From positions 3,303 through 67,302 of the forward strand of contig CAVQZW010000007.1 of NCBI GenBank assembly GCA_963718785.1: a DNA stretch of 64,000 bases, in the 5' to 3' direction. The notes beneath the pieces are model-generated. The model searched no databases. It had not been told where the DNA came from and saw only the letters and a list, made by a program, of their open reading frames with translations. Below are positions 8,412-19,138 of the stretch, piece by piece (position 1 is the first letter of the stretch; each line of letters opens with the position of its first letter). Origin of the DNA: an uncultured Acidobacteriota bacterium (GTDB taxonomy: Bacteria; Acidobacteriota; Terriglobia; Acidiferrales; UBA7541). The position numbers were made by a program, and so were the translations under genes.

Positions 8412-10556
8412 ATGATGTACAAATTTCTGATTTTCGCCGTCGTGACTCACTTTTGCCTGACGGCGTCCACTGCGCAAACTACACGCACACAACTCTCTCC
8501 TCCCGATCCCAGCTCCACGAGACCCAGCAGTCAAGTCCCGCAATCAAACTCCTCGACCCAGTCGAATTCCAATTTCATTTTCAATCTACATAAGACTCCT
8601 ACTAACCCAGCGTGTAGCGGGCCAACACAAAACAATCCATGCGGAGCAATGAAGAAACGGCGTAAGAAACCAATGCAGCCCTTATTGGCTCAAAACTCTT
8701 CCCTCACTCCAGCAAACCTTGCAGCAAGTAGCACTCCGCTCGACAGGAGTGAGCTCGATCCGCTTGTGAAAACTCCGTTTTCATTCAGTCCTCAACACCA
8801 GGAAGTAACAGTTGTCAGCATTAGAGGGATTGAGACAGGAATCCGAATCCCAACTCCAAAACCATCACCAAGAGCAGCCATCTCTACCGCCCAGGCAGAG
8901 ACGACGACGATCACGAGTTACACACCGGATTTTGGAAACCCCGGTACCGTCGTAACCATCAATGGGACAGGATTCGGACCACCACAAGCGAACAGTTTTG
9001 TGCGAGTTTACTCCACTACGGCCCAAACATATTTCCAATGGCCTGCCACGACTTGGACGGATTCCCAAATAGTTGCCACCATTCCCGCTAACATGCCAAT
9101 CGGGCCGTCAAATCTTTATGTGGTCGTTAATGGCGTGACGTTCGGAGGAGGAACCAATCCCTTCGAAATCGGAATTCCACCTGCGATCACGAATTATTTC
9201 CCAACTTCAGGTCCCGTAGGGACTCACATCACGATCAACGGTTCAGGATTCGGACAACCAACAAGCACTAGCTTCGTCAGAGTGAGCCCGACCATCCCGA
9301 CCGCATCGACATTGACTGTCTGGCCTGCAACAAGTTGGACGGATACGAAAATTGATCTTGATGTGCCCCAAGGATTTCCCAACCAAAATGTCTACATCAC
9401 TGTCGCTGTTAATGGCCTGGATACAATAGGGACTTACCCATTCGAAGTCGGCATTCCGCCTGCCATCACGAGTTATTCCCCGGTTTCGGGTCCCATAGGG
9501 ACTCATATCACCATCAACGGTTCAGGATTCGGACAACCAACAAGCACTAGCTTCGTCAGAGTGAGCCCGACCATCCCGACCGCATCGACATTGACTGTCT
9601 GGCCTGCAACAAGTTGGACGGATACGAGAATTGACCTGAATGTGCCACAGGGATTTCCTAGCCAAAACGTCTACATCTCTGTCGCGGTTAACGGCCTGGA
9701 ATCAGTAGGGACATATCCGTTCGAAGTCGGAATCCCGCCAGTAATCGATTGCTATAACCCGACATTTGGCGTGCCGGGGTCAGTGCTCACGATTAATGGT
9801 TCCGGGTTCGGGGCGGTGCAGGGCACTAGCTATGTATCCGTTTTGTCCAGATTGACTAACGGGTGGACCACCTGGCCTGTACTAACTTGGAGTGAAACGC
9901 AGATCACGGTAGAGGTTCCCCCCGATATGCCGCGCAGCGATGTATACTTCAGCGTATTTGTGAACGGACTCGCCAGCATTGGCACATATCCGTTCAGCGT
10001 GGGACTGCCTCCGACAATTTCTGATTACTCTCCCTCATTCGGCAATCCAGGAACACAGATCACGATTCAAGGTGTAGGCTTCGGGCAAGTTCAAGGAAGC
10101 AATTACGTCCTGTCCTTGTCTTCTGTCACTAATGAATTCATCCCGCTCCCGGTGAACAGCTGGGGTGACACGCAAATTGTTGTGACCATACCGAGCACAA
10201 TGCCCCTGGGGAAAGTCTATCTAAGTGTTTATGTAGCTCCGCTTTGGGTTCTTGGAACGTATCCATTCACGGTCGGTATTCCTCCAACCATCACCAGCTA
10301 TTCTCCTGTTACGGGACCGTCGAATACTGTAATTACAATTAACGGAACGGGGTTTGGCAGTAGTCAGGGAACAAGCTCAGTGACACTGTTATCAGCTACG
10401 AACATTCATACCAATTTGCCCGTGATTAGCTGGTCAGACGAGCTAATTACCGTTTCTGTGCCTAAGCTAACTCCTATTTGTCTCAATTATCTATATCTCA
10501 CAGTAGACGGACTTGACAGCATAGGGACAAACCCCTTTCAAGTCACAAGCAACTAG
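8412..10556 (+). CDS. Secreted protein with six tandem IPT/TIG repeats
   Basis: Signal peptide; S/T/P/N-rich linker; six units of about 92-93 aa of the form PPxIxxYxPxxGxxGTxITINGxGFG...W(T/S)DTxI...YPFxVG. Confidence 0.9.
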   Translation: MMYKFLIFAVVTHFCLTASTAQTTRTQLSPPDPSSTRPSSQVPQSNSSTQSNSNFIFNLHKTPTNPACSGPTQNNPCGAMKKRRKKPMQPLLAQNSSLTPANLAASSTPLDRSELDPLVKTPFSFSPQHQEVTVVSIRGIETGIRIPTPKPSPRAAISTAQAETTTITSYTPDFGNPGTVVTINGTGFGPPQANSFVRVYSTTAQTYFQWPATTWTDSQIVATIPANMPIGPSNLYVVVNGVTFGGGTNPFEIGIPPAITNYFPTSGPVGTHITINGSGFGQPTSTSFVRVSPTIPTASTLTVWPATSWTDTKIDLDVPQGFPNQNVYITVAVNGLDTIGTYPFEVGIPPAITSYSPVSGPIGTHITINGSGFGQPTSTSFVRVSPTIPTASTLTVWPATSWTDTRIDLNVPQGFPSQNVYISVAVNGLESVGTYPFEVGIPPVIDCYNPTFGVPGSVLTINGSGFGAVQGTSYVSVLSRLTNGWTTWPVLTWSETQITVEVPPDMPRSDVYFSVFVNGLASIGTYPFSVGLPPTISDYSPSFGNPGTQITIQGVGFGQVQGSNYVLSLSSVTNEFIPLPVNSWGDTQIVVTIPSTMPLGKVYLSVYVAPLWVLGTYPFTVGIPPTITSYSPVTGPSNTVITINGTGFGSSQGTSSVTLLSATNIHTNLPVISWSDELITVSVPKLTPICLNYLYLTVDGLDSIGTNPFQVTSN
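9234..9627 (+). repeat. 115-bp perfect direct repeat (9234-9348 and 9513-9627) in IPT repeats 2 and 3
   Basis: atcaacggttcagg...ggacggatacga identical in both copies; period 279 nt. Confidence 0.9.
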
Positions 10557-10805
10557 TCACATAGCCCGGTCCAACTTCGGGCAGGGGCGCGAGCAATCGC
10601 TTGGAATACTGCGGTTTATTGACAACGATTCAATGAGACTCGCGGCATTTACACGAATCAGTTTGAATTGCTTCCCACTTACTGTAGAATTCGTTTCCCC
10701 GTTACTTTACGAATCCTCCTTTTCCCACCATGAGGATTCAATCAAACTTTTGACAGGAGTATTACGTTCCCGCATTCGTATCGGTAGCTCTGAGACATTT
10801 GCGAG

Positions 10806-13253
10806 TCAAACCCGCACGACCTCGGCAACTGTATAGCCGAGCGCAGAATACCCTGCAAGTCGCTTCTTGTACATGCGAACCAGCATAGGCACCATCACAT
10901 CCGCATAGTCGTAGACGTGGACTTCGCTCTTATTGTCGTGGAGACGATGCAAGCGGCCCACGTACTGCTGCAAAGTACCTTTCCACGAAATCGGCATCGC
11001 AAGAAGAAGCGTGTCGAGACGTGGGTCGTCAAATCCCTCGCCGAGGTAACTTCCGGTCGCAAGGATCACGCGCGGTTCATCGCAAGGAACGGCTGCTAGA
11101 GATTCAGCCAGTTTCTTCCTTTGCTTCATGCCAATCCCACCCTTCAAAATAATAATGTGCGGACAAACGGCACCCAGGCGCCCAGCCAAATAATCGAGAT
11201 GTCCCGTCCGACTTGTCAGAACAAGTGGCGAGCGCCCGCAGGCCAAAGCCTGCTGAAGGTCTCGAATGATTAGGTTGTTCCTCTCCTGGCTAACGATGAG
11301 AGCAGCATAAATATCCTGAATGGCCGTCTCATTGTCAGGCCGACTCCAAACGAAATCAGTAATCCTTGGGAAAACCTTATGTTGGAGTGGTGAAGACTCG
11401 GCAGCCTTCTTCGCGCTGAGATGAAAACGAATTGGGCCGCATTGCATGTAGATGATGGGTTGATGCCCATCTCTTCGAGTCGGTGTCGCCGTCAATCCCA
11501 GAACGTATTTTGCTTTGACTTCGCGAAGGACTCGTTCAAAGGTCACTGCTGACAGGTGATGACATTCATCCACAATCACGTGTCCGTAGTCCGCAACGAA
11601 ATCTTCGACTGCGCCTTTACACTGCAAGCTCTGGATTACAGCTACATCAATCGAACCGGTTCTCTTGGTTTTCCCTCCCCCGTGCTGTCCAAGGTGCCCA
11701 ATCGGCAAAGCTAGAAACGCAGCTAATCGCTCGCGCCATTGATCCATCAATTGACGCCGATGCACGAGGATCAGGGCGTTAACCGCTCGTTTGGCGATAA
11801 GGAAAGCCCCCACTACTGTTTTTCCGAACGCCGTTGGGGCACAGAGTATGCCTTGGTCATGAGCAAGCACTTGCTCGATAGCGCCCCGTTGTTCAGGCCG
11901 CAATTCACCTTGGAAAGCAACATCGATTTGCTGCCCTACAGTTCGTTCATCATGAACTTCCACATTAATGTGATGTGACTTGAAAACACGAACTACCTCT
12001 TCCATGCACCCCCTTGGAAGGCCAATGTGCTCGGGGAAGACTTCACCGCAGGATATGACCCGCGGCTTACCGTAGGTCGAGAGCCGCATCGATTGAGCTT
12101 TGTAAAATTCGGGGTTTTGAAAAGCAGCGATGCGAACCAGGCGATCTACCATCCCGGACGGCAAGCCCTCTTTCTCGATATAGATAAGATTGCTTGCTAC
12201 CACACGAACCTTCGGCGGCAGCGGACCAATGATTTGTCTTTCCTTGCGCTTCCGGGAAGGGCGCCAGAGCCATGGGGCTTCGCCCTCGTCTTCGTCGGGC
12301 AATTGGAGGTGCACTCCAATGGGATTTCCCTCTGGGACGATCGCTTGAGTTATTGTAGCCAGCTGATCGATTGGCATTCTCGGAAGGGACTCTAAAAACC
12401 TCCACTGATCAGGATGCGGCTGAAACAGTTCATCCAAGAACACACTATTGCCTTGTTCTCTGGGACGCTTTTGCAGTGGCAACGCAATCAAATTTCCAAA
12501 ACCGCCCTTGGGGGTGGTGTCCTGGCTAGGGAAAAGGCGGTCGTATGAATCAAGGCCAATTTCATGCCTATTTTCCATAGTGCGGGTCAACAAGGCACAT
12601 CCAAGCCTTCGAGCATCGACAGCGGACACCGGGCGGTCAAAGAATATCCATACATGCGCGCCATTTCCTGATCGCGAGCGCTCGACAGCTATAGGAACCT
12701 GAAATCGCCTACACGTTGCAACAAACGCGGCTGCATCAGCTAGCCAGGACTTCTTATCGAAATCCACTGCAAGAAACCAGCAAGTGTCGTCAGGCAGCAG
12801 TGGATAAACGCCGACCGTCTGCTTTCCAGTAAGATGATTGCGAATCGCATCATCCGTCAGTGACTGGAGCATCCGGGTTTTGCGGGCAACCTTCTTTCTG
12901 TCTTCTGGTCTCGATGCATGTATGGCGCGCCAGTCCATAAGGCTATCTGGCGAATAGCCAGTTTTGCCATTTTTCCCTTCCCATCGAATTGCGAAAACGT
13001 CTTCGCGCCCACGAAACAGATTTCGAAAGAACGCAATCTTTTCTTCAGGCGTGGAAACTCCAATTGTGCTGGTGGACAACGGCTTTGGGCCTAAGGCCAC
13101 TTGGGAAGCGGGGTCGTTGGTGGGCGAATGATCAATCCCGAGCATTGCTCGGAGACGCACATTCTCTTTACGAAGCCGTCCACATTCCTCTTGCGCTGTT
13201 TTCAAGTGCTCTTGAATCTTGTCCTGATCAGGTACGCCGCTGTTCATTACCAT
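10806..13253 (-). CDS. AEP primase-like (TOTE-type) domain fused to SF2 DExH helicase (about 815 aa)
   Basis: GGAG before ATG 13253; WFLAVDFD, ERSRSGNGAHVWIFF, GNLIALPLQ; helicase motifs APTAFGKT, DECHH, LTATP, QYVGRLHR. Confidence 0.9.
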   Translation of the reverse strand: MVMNSGVPDQDKIQEHLKTAQEECGRLRKENVRLRAMLGIDHSPTNDPASQVALGPKPLSTSTIGVSTPEEKIAFFRNLFRGREDVFAIRWEGKNGKTGYSPDSLMDWRAIHASRPEDRKKVARKTRMLQSLTDDAIRNHLTGKQTVGVYPLLPDDTCWFLAVDFDKKSWLADAAAFVATCRRFQVPIAVERSRSGNGAHVWIFFDRPVSAVDARRLGCALLTRTMENRHEIGLDSYDRLFPSQDTTPKGGFGNLIALPLQKRPREQGNSVFLDELFQPHPDQWRFLESLPRMPIDQLATITQAIVPEGNPIGVHLQLPDEDEGEAPWLWRPSRKRKERQIIGPLPPKVRVVASNLIYIEKEGLPSGMVDRLVRIAAFQNPEFYKAQSMRLSTYGKPRVISCGEVFPEHIGLPRGCMEEVVRVFKSHHINVEVHDERTVGQQIDVAFQGELRPEQRGAIEQVLAHDQGILCAPTAFGKTVVGAFLIAKRAVNALILVHRRQLMDQWRERLAAFLALPIGHLGQHGGGKTKRTGSIDVAVIQSLQCKGAVEDFVADYGHVIVDECHHLSAVTFERVLREVKAKYVLGLTATPTRRDGHQPIIYMQCGPIRFHLSAKKAAESSPLQHKVFPRITDFVWSRPDNETAIQDIYAALIVSQERNNLIIRDLQQALACGRSPLVLTSRTGHLDYLAGRLGAVCPHIIILKGGIGMKQRKKLAESLAAVPCDEPRVILATGSYLGEGFDDPRLDTLLLAMPISWKGTLQQYVGRLHRLHDNKSEVHVYDYADVMVPMLVRMYKKRLAGYSALGYTVAEVVRV

Positions 13254-13586
13254 AAGCTCCGCGGAAGATCTTATCCGAGAAACGAAAGGATCAAACAGCC
13301 AATCTTGCCTCAGAATGGAATGACCCCTTGAATTGGCACACCCACGATGGGCACACTCTCCGGGAGAGGAAACACGAGTGGAGAGAAGAAAGCGATATTC
13401 CCGGAAGTTCCAGCGCATGGCTGTAGAGCGCATGAGGACCTGCGAGAGCGTCGATGCGTTGGCCAAGGAGCTCGGGGTCACTCGACGATGCCTCTACAAG
13501 TGGCGCACTAAGCTTGAGGCAGTTGAACCTGGCGAAGAAGCGGCGCGCCCGAGTACACATGCCTTAGCACATCGAAAGGAAATCCT

Positions 13587-14549
13587 TCAGCTAAAGCGCT
13601 TGCTCGCCGAGAAGGCGATGGAGGTGGATTTTTTAAAGGGTGCCTGGCTCTGTTGACATCCTTGCGAACGGCTGCGGTGCCTCAAGCGATAGAGGTTGTA
13701 AGCGAGCCCGAGTAGCAAGGCTTGGCGAATTTGCGATGTTAACAAGCGCCCCGGGGCGCGCGAGGAGAGTTTCCGTTTGACCACCGAGAAGATGGTCTCG
13801 TTCTTCGCGCGTGGCCCATACTGTTTCCGTGGAAAAGCCCGGTGCATTTGGCTACGGATCGCTCCTCGGGGGAGACCGCGGCGAAGGTTCGCCGGGATAA
13901 TGCTACGCGCGCCCAGGCGCTGGCGAATGTGTTGATGGTTGGCTTCGGAATCGAACTCCGCATCGGCCAGCACCAAGCCGAGGGGCGCACGTGCTCCGGC
14001 CACATTCAGCAACCCGGGCAGCGCCGGGGCGTCGCAACGCGGTCCGGGATGGGCCCGCTGCGCCAGCAAAATCTGTTGCTGCAAATCCGCAACGACCAGC
14101 CACTTCAACCAGCGACGATGGGGCGCCCTCCCGTGTGCTTGTTGTTCGATGCGGCGGAGGAAGAACGTGCTGACGGCGTTCTGCGACAGCCCCGTGCCGT
14201 CCACGCCAGCCGTCACCCGTGCCGAGCGTCGGCCGCGGCGCAACTGGCGCACGGTTTCTTCCAGTCCGCGGTCGATGGTGTCGTCGTCCAGCCGCTTCAG
14301 AAAACGGTACAAGGTGGTGTAATCGGGCACGCTTTCCAACTGCAGCGTTGCGCGCAACTCGCCATGCTCGCGTAATCGCACTTCGGCTTCGCGAAAGGTC
14401 CAGTCTTCGTAGCGCATCAGACACAGCACCGCCAGCAGCTGCGGCTGAGTGAACTGATGTTTGCTGAAGCGACTGCGGTAGGGCGGCAAGACCCGGGTGG
14501 CCACCTGCAAGGCCACGCGAGCAAAAGGCAGGAGTCCCACTTCGGCCAT
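13587..14549 (-). CDS. IS5/IS4-type DDE transposase (320 aa)
   Basis: GGAGGG before ATG 14549; VPDYTTLYRF, GVDGTG, LADAEFDSE, RAKNETIFSVVKR. Confidence 0.85.
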   Translation of the reverse strand: MAEVGLLPFARVALQVATRVLPPYRSRFSKHQFTQPQLLAVLCLMRYEDWTFREAEVRLREHGELRATLQLESVPDYTTLYRFLKRLDDDTIDRGLEETVRQLRRGRRSARVTAGVDGTGLSQNAVSTFFLRRIEQQAHGRAPHRRWLKWLVVADLQQQILLAQRAHPGPRCDAPALPGLLNVAGARAPLGLVLADAEFDSEANHQHIRQRLGARSIIPANLRRGLPRGAIRSQMHRAFPRKQYGPRAKNETIFSVVKRKLSSRAPGRLLTSQIRQALLLGLAYNLYRLRHRSRSQGCQQSQAPFKKSTSIAFSASKRFS

Positions 14550-14637
14550 CGTCCCTCCTGCTCGATCAGAAAACACGCACGCCGCCCCCTTGTCGACCCC
14601 GCAAAACCGAGACTGTGCCGAGGATGTCAACAGAGCC
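13646..14637 (-). mobile_element. IS5-family element with IS903-like ends (992 bp)
   Basis: Perfect 17-bp inverted repeats GGCTCTGTTGACATCCT at 13646-62 and 14621-37; 9-bp target duplication AGGGTGCCT at 13637-45 and 14638-46. Confidence 0.9.
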
Positions 14638-15721
14638 AGGGTGCCTTGCAAAAAGTAGAGGCTCGACGCCGGCGCAGCAGCGACTCTGGCGAGAAGGCAT
14701 CTACGAACACATCCGAGAACTGATGCCATTGCGAGGCAGACTGAGCATCGAGAACATGTGTCAGTTGGTAGTGCTGAGTCGCAGAGGTTTCTACCGGTCG
14801 TTGCGACAGCAGGAACCGGCAGAGGAAGAGACGGAAGTGCGGTCATTGATTCAACAGATCGCTCTGGAACATCGTCGTCGTTACGGCTATCGACGGATCA
14901 CTGCAGAACTGCACCGCCGAGGCGTGCAAGTGAACCGCAAGAAGGTAGCACGGATGATGCAGGACGATAATCTACTGGCCATTCAACCGAAACGGTTCGT
15001 TGTCACTACCAATTCGAAACATAAGTGCGAAGTGTATTTGAACTTAGCAGGTCGCATGACGCTGACGGGTATCAACCAACTCTGGGTGGCAGACATCACC
15101 TATGTTCGCCTGAAAGGCGAGTTTGTCTACCTAGCGGTGATCCTCGATCGTTTCTCTCGCAAGGTTGTAGGGTGGGCTGTGGATCGAACGATAAGTAGCC
15201 GCCTCACGGTGGCTGCTCTAGAGCGTGCCGTCGCAGATCGACAGCCGCAAGCGGGTTTGGTGCACCATTCCGATCGAGGGCTGCAATATGCGAGCCCGGA
15301 ATATGTGGCGGCGTTGGAGAAATACGGCATGGTTGCGAGCATGAGCCGACCCGCGAACCCGTACGACAATGCGAGTTGTGAAAGTTTCATGAAGACGCTG
15401 AAGCGAGAGGAAATTTACGCCAACCGGTACAACAATCTAGAGCAGTTGCGCACGAATATCGAAGAGTTCATCGAGGAGTATTACAATCGGCAGCGATTGC
15501 ACTCCGCCTTGGGCTACCGATCTCCCGAGGAATTCGAACAACAAAGCGAGCGGGGACACGCGGCAGACTCTCGGGGTGCAACCGTGCAGTTTATTGTGAA
15601 CGATGGGAACAGTGAGAACGAGGAGTGGGCTTCTACAGGACTATCTGGGGAAGGGGACTCAAACGCCGTCCCCTTCCCCAGACCCCAACCCTTGCTAGGA
15701 GATGCAAAGACGTTGAAATGA
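14638..15721 (+). CDS. IS3 orfB (integrase-core DDE), cut off from orfA by the IS5 insertion
   Basis: YGYRRITAEL, WVADITY, HHSDRGLQY, DNASCESFMKTLKRE, YYNRQRLHSALGYRSP. Confidence 0.9.
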
Positions 15722-15877
15722 AGTCGGAGACTGTGCCCAAAGTTTTTGTGACACTTTAGGGGGTCACCTCAGAACTTGGGAACAACTTAGGAACAAACAT
15801 TGACGAATATCGTGCAAAACCGTCATGCATGACATAGGAAAATGCTAGACGAACCAACTACTTAGCGTTTCTGCTCT

Positions 15878-15925
15878 TGCCTTCTAAGCAGAGGGTCGCC
15901 AGTTCGAGTCTGGCCGGGCGCGCCA
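15878..15925 (+). tRNA. 3' half of tRNA-Arg(TCT), interpreted as an att-site duplication rather than a functional gene
   Basis: TGC CTTCTAA GCA anticodon arm; GCCAG TTCGAGT CTGGC T-arm; CGGGCGC GCCA end; no 5' acceptor strand or D-arm upstream. Confidence 0.85.
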
Positions 15926-15988
15926 TTTTTTTTCAGACACAAGGAATCAGGATTTCCGCGCCAGCTTCCAGATCTCTTTCGCGACGGC

Positions 15989-17203
15989 TCAGGCAATTTT
16001 CTGAACGCCCGTTTTCGATGGGGCGGTCTCCGTCATAAAAAGTGAAGCAAGCAAGACGAGGATCGCGCCGCCGCTGGCAATCCAGAGCGGCGCTGCGAGT
16101 CCGTAGCGATCGGAGACGGCGCCAGCTAAGGCTGGGGCGAGCGCGCCGCCGACAATCTCTCCCACAAGGGTCGCAAGCCCAATGGCCGTGGCGGCAAATT
16201 TTGCGGGGACGCTTTCCGTCGGGACCAGCACCAGAACAAGCGGGGCGAGTCCCTGCCCGCCATTGGCGAAAAATCCAGCAGCGGCCATGAGCCACGGGTG
16301 CGCAATCAAAAACGGCACTTGGTAAATCAGCGGAGCCGCCGAAGAAATCAGCGCCACAAAAAGCAGTGTAGGTTTTCGTCCGGCGCGATCGGAAATCCAC
16401 GGAAAGATCCAACCCCACATAAACGCGCCAAGCCCACCGGCGCCGATGATGAAGCCTGCGGTTGTCGCGGAGCGCTTGGACACCTCCGTGATGTACAGCG
16501 GCGCGAATGCGTGCATCACAAAGAGCCAGGTCATGAAGCCTGCGCCGGCAATGCAGCACAGCAGCATGTTGCGATACCGCAGAAGCGAAAAATAATCGCT
16601 GAGCGCGGGCTTGGCGTGGTGCAGCTCGCCGGATTCGGGCTCTTTGACGAAACTCCAAATCAGGAGGCCGAGAATGAGTCCAGGCATCCCTACCACGACA
16701 AAAGCAGAGCGCCATCCGAACCGCGCAGCGATTTGAGTGGTCAGGATTGGTGCAAGCGCCAGCCCTGCGAGCGCACTCGCGCTAACAACAATGCCAATGT
16801 TACGTCCGCGGTTCTTTGGCTCGGAAGACGCTTCGATCATCGAAGTCATTGCGGGCCAGGCTGGACCCTGAGCTGCGCCCATTAGAGTGCGCACAAAAAG
16901 CAGCGAAGTGAAAGTGTGAGCGACGCCAGACAACCAGGAAAACACAGAAAACAAAAAGACGCTTGGAATCAAAACCGGGCGGCGCCCAACGCGATCCGAA
17001 ACAACGCCAAAAATCAGGCCGGAGGCAGCCCAGGCAATCGCCAAGGCCGATGCAAGCAATCCGACCTGCGCATGGCTGAGATGAAGATCCGGCGCGATGA
17101 ACGGCGCCAAATATACGACGCTCATGCGCGCCAGAAACACGCTGCCCCATGTAAAGAAAAAAAGAACAACCAGGCCGGTTTGATAGCGCTTTGTAGTTGG
17201 CAA
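15989..17203 (-). CDS. MFS transporter (aromatic acid/anion symporter-like)
   Basis: About 12 TM segments; motif A GVVSDRVGRR; downstream of pobA in the same orientation. Confidence 0.9.
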   Translation of the reverse strand: MPTTKRYQTGLVVLFFFTWGSVFLARMSVVYLAPFIAPDLHLSHAQVGLLASALAIAWAASGLIFGVVSDRVGRRPVLIPSVFLFSVFSWLSGVAHTFTSLLFVRTLMGAAQGPAWPAMTSMIEASSEPKNRGRNIGIVVSASALAGLALAPILTTQIAARFGWRSAFVVVGMPGLILGLLIWSFVKEPESGELHHAKPALSDYFSLLRYRNMLLCCIAGAGFMTWLFVMHAFAPLYITEVSKRSATTAGFIIGAGGLGAFMWGWIFPWISDRAGRKPTLLFVALISSAAPLIYQVPFLIAHPWLMAAAGFFANGGQGLAPLVLVLVPTESVPAKFAATAIGLATLVGEIVGGALAPALAGAVSDRYGLAAPLWIASGGAILVLLASLFMTETAPSKTGVQKIA

Positions 17204-17237
17204 GCCTTTTTCCCCTCCCGTGTTGCGGCCGAACGAC

Positions 17238-18422
<1,185 letters not shown>

Positions 18423-18451
18423 TCAATGCGCTAAGACGCCACTGAAGTGGT

Positions 18452-18832
18452 TCACGGCTGGTGCTGAGAAAAAACTTCCATCGCAATATGGAACGCCGAA
18501 TTTGCCGCAGGCAGGCCACAGTAGATCGCAGTTTGCAGAAGAACCTCTTTTATCTGTTCCCGCGTGACTCCGACGTTTAATGCCGCGCGCAAATGCATAC
18601 GGAGTTCGTCCGGCCGATTCAGCGCAACCATCATGCCTAGCGTAAGCATGCTCCGCGTCTCTTTTGCCAGGCCCGGCCTGCTCCAGATCTCTCCCCAGGC
18701 ATAACGCGTGATGAAATCCTGAAATGCTTCCGTGAATTCATTGCGATTCGTCAGCGTAGCGTCCACGTGCGCGTCTCCCAGGACGGCGCGCCGCGTCTTC
18801 ATTCCCTGCTCGTAGCGCTGGCTTTCATCCAT
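18452..18832 (-). CDS. pcaC: 4-carboxymuconolactone decarboxylase
   Basis: YEQGMKTRRAVLGDAHVD, FQDFITRYAWGEIWSRPGL, AIYCGLPAAN; GGAGG before ATG 18832. Confidence 0.93.
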   Translation of the reverse strand: MDESQRYEQGMKTRRAVLGDAHVDATLTNRNEFTEAFQDFITRYAWGEIWSRPGLAKETRSMLTLGMMVALNRPDELRMHLRAALNVGVTREQIKEVLLQTAIYCGLPAANSAFHIAMEVFSQHQP

Positions 18833-19138
18833 TTGAATACCTCCCGGAACTTCGCGAGATCCATTGGCTTCTACCATGAAGCCATCGCAATCCCAAATCG
18901 AATCGAAAAAGACCGCGGCCAGAAATCGTGCGTATTATCGCGGTCCCGCGTAGCCTCAACAATACACAAAAACGGGAAGACAAAATTGGCCACGCGCGAT
19001 AATCGGAGCTTTTGTAAAAATTCGACGCACGGGCCGCTGAAGAAATCGATGTCCGCGAGAATTCGGGCTGCAAACCCGGCCGCGATGGTATAACTTCGGT
19101 CTTTGTGACGCGAAGTGGCACGAGCAGGGAGAGACACG

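Larger units (their letters stand above)
13378..14723 (+). pseudogene. IS3 orfA (HTH transposase subunit) split by the IS5 insertion
   Basis: YSRKFQRMAVERM...VDALAKELGVTRRCLYKWR...MEVDFLKGA resumes in frame after the insert as GALQKVEARRRRSSDSGEKASTNTSEN*. Confidence 0.85.
13316..15771 (+). mobile_element. IS3-family element (about 1455 bp without the nested IS)
   Basis: Ends TGGAATGACCCCTTGAATTGGCACA and (reverse complement) TGAGGTGACCCCCTAAAGTGTCACA; 3-bp duplication GAA at 13313-15 and 15772-74; orfA/orfB in a -1 arrangement. Confidence 0.9.
1..15925. mobile_element. Right part of an integrative element/genomic island inserted at tRNA-Arg(TCT); left end and integrase lie outside the window
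   Basis: Ends in a tRNA 3' fragment (15878-15925). Content is accessory (hypotheticals, antitoxin, primase-helicase, nested IS). Catabolic genes begin immediately after. Confidence 0.7.

Noticed and set aside
9234-9627. DGR template/variable repeat or CRISPR-like array
   Set aside because: Both copies are in-frame coding repeats, there are no adenine-specific differences, no reverse transcriptase or cas genes, and no spacers.
13254-13481. N-terminal extension of the helicase ORF to 13481
   Set aside because: It runs into the IS3 left end; an SD-supported ATG exists at 13253.
15850-15925. Complete tRNA-Arg gene
   Set aside because: No 5' acceptor strand (GCGCCCG) or D-arm; only the 3' half is present.
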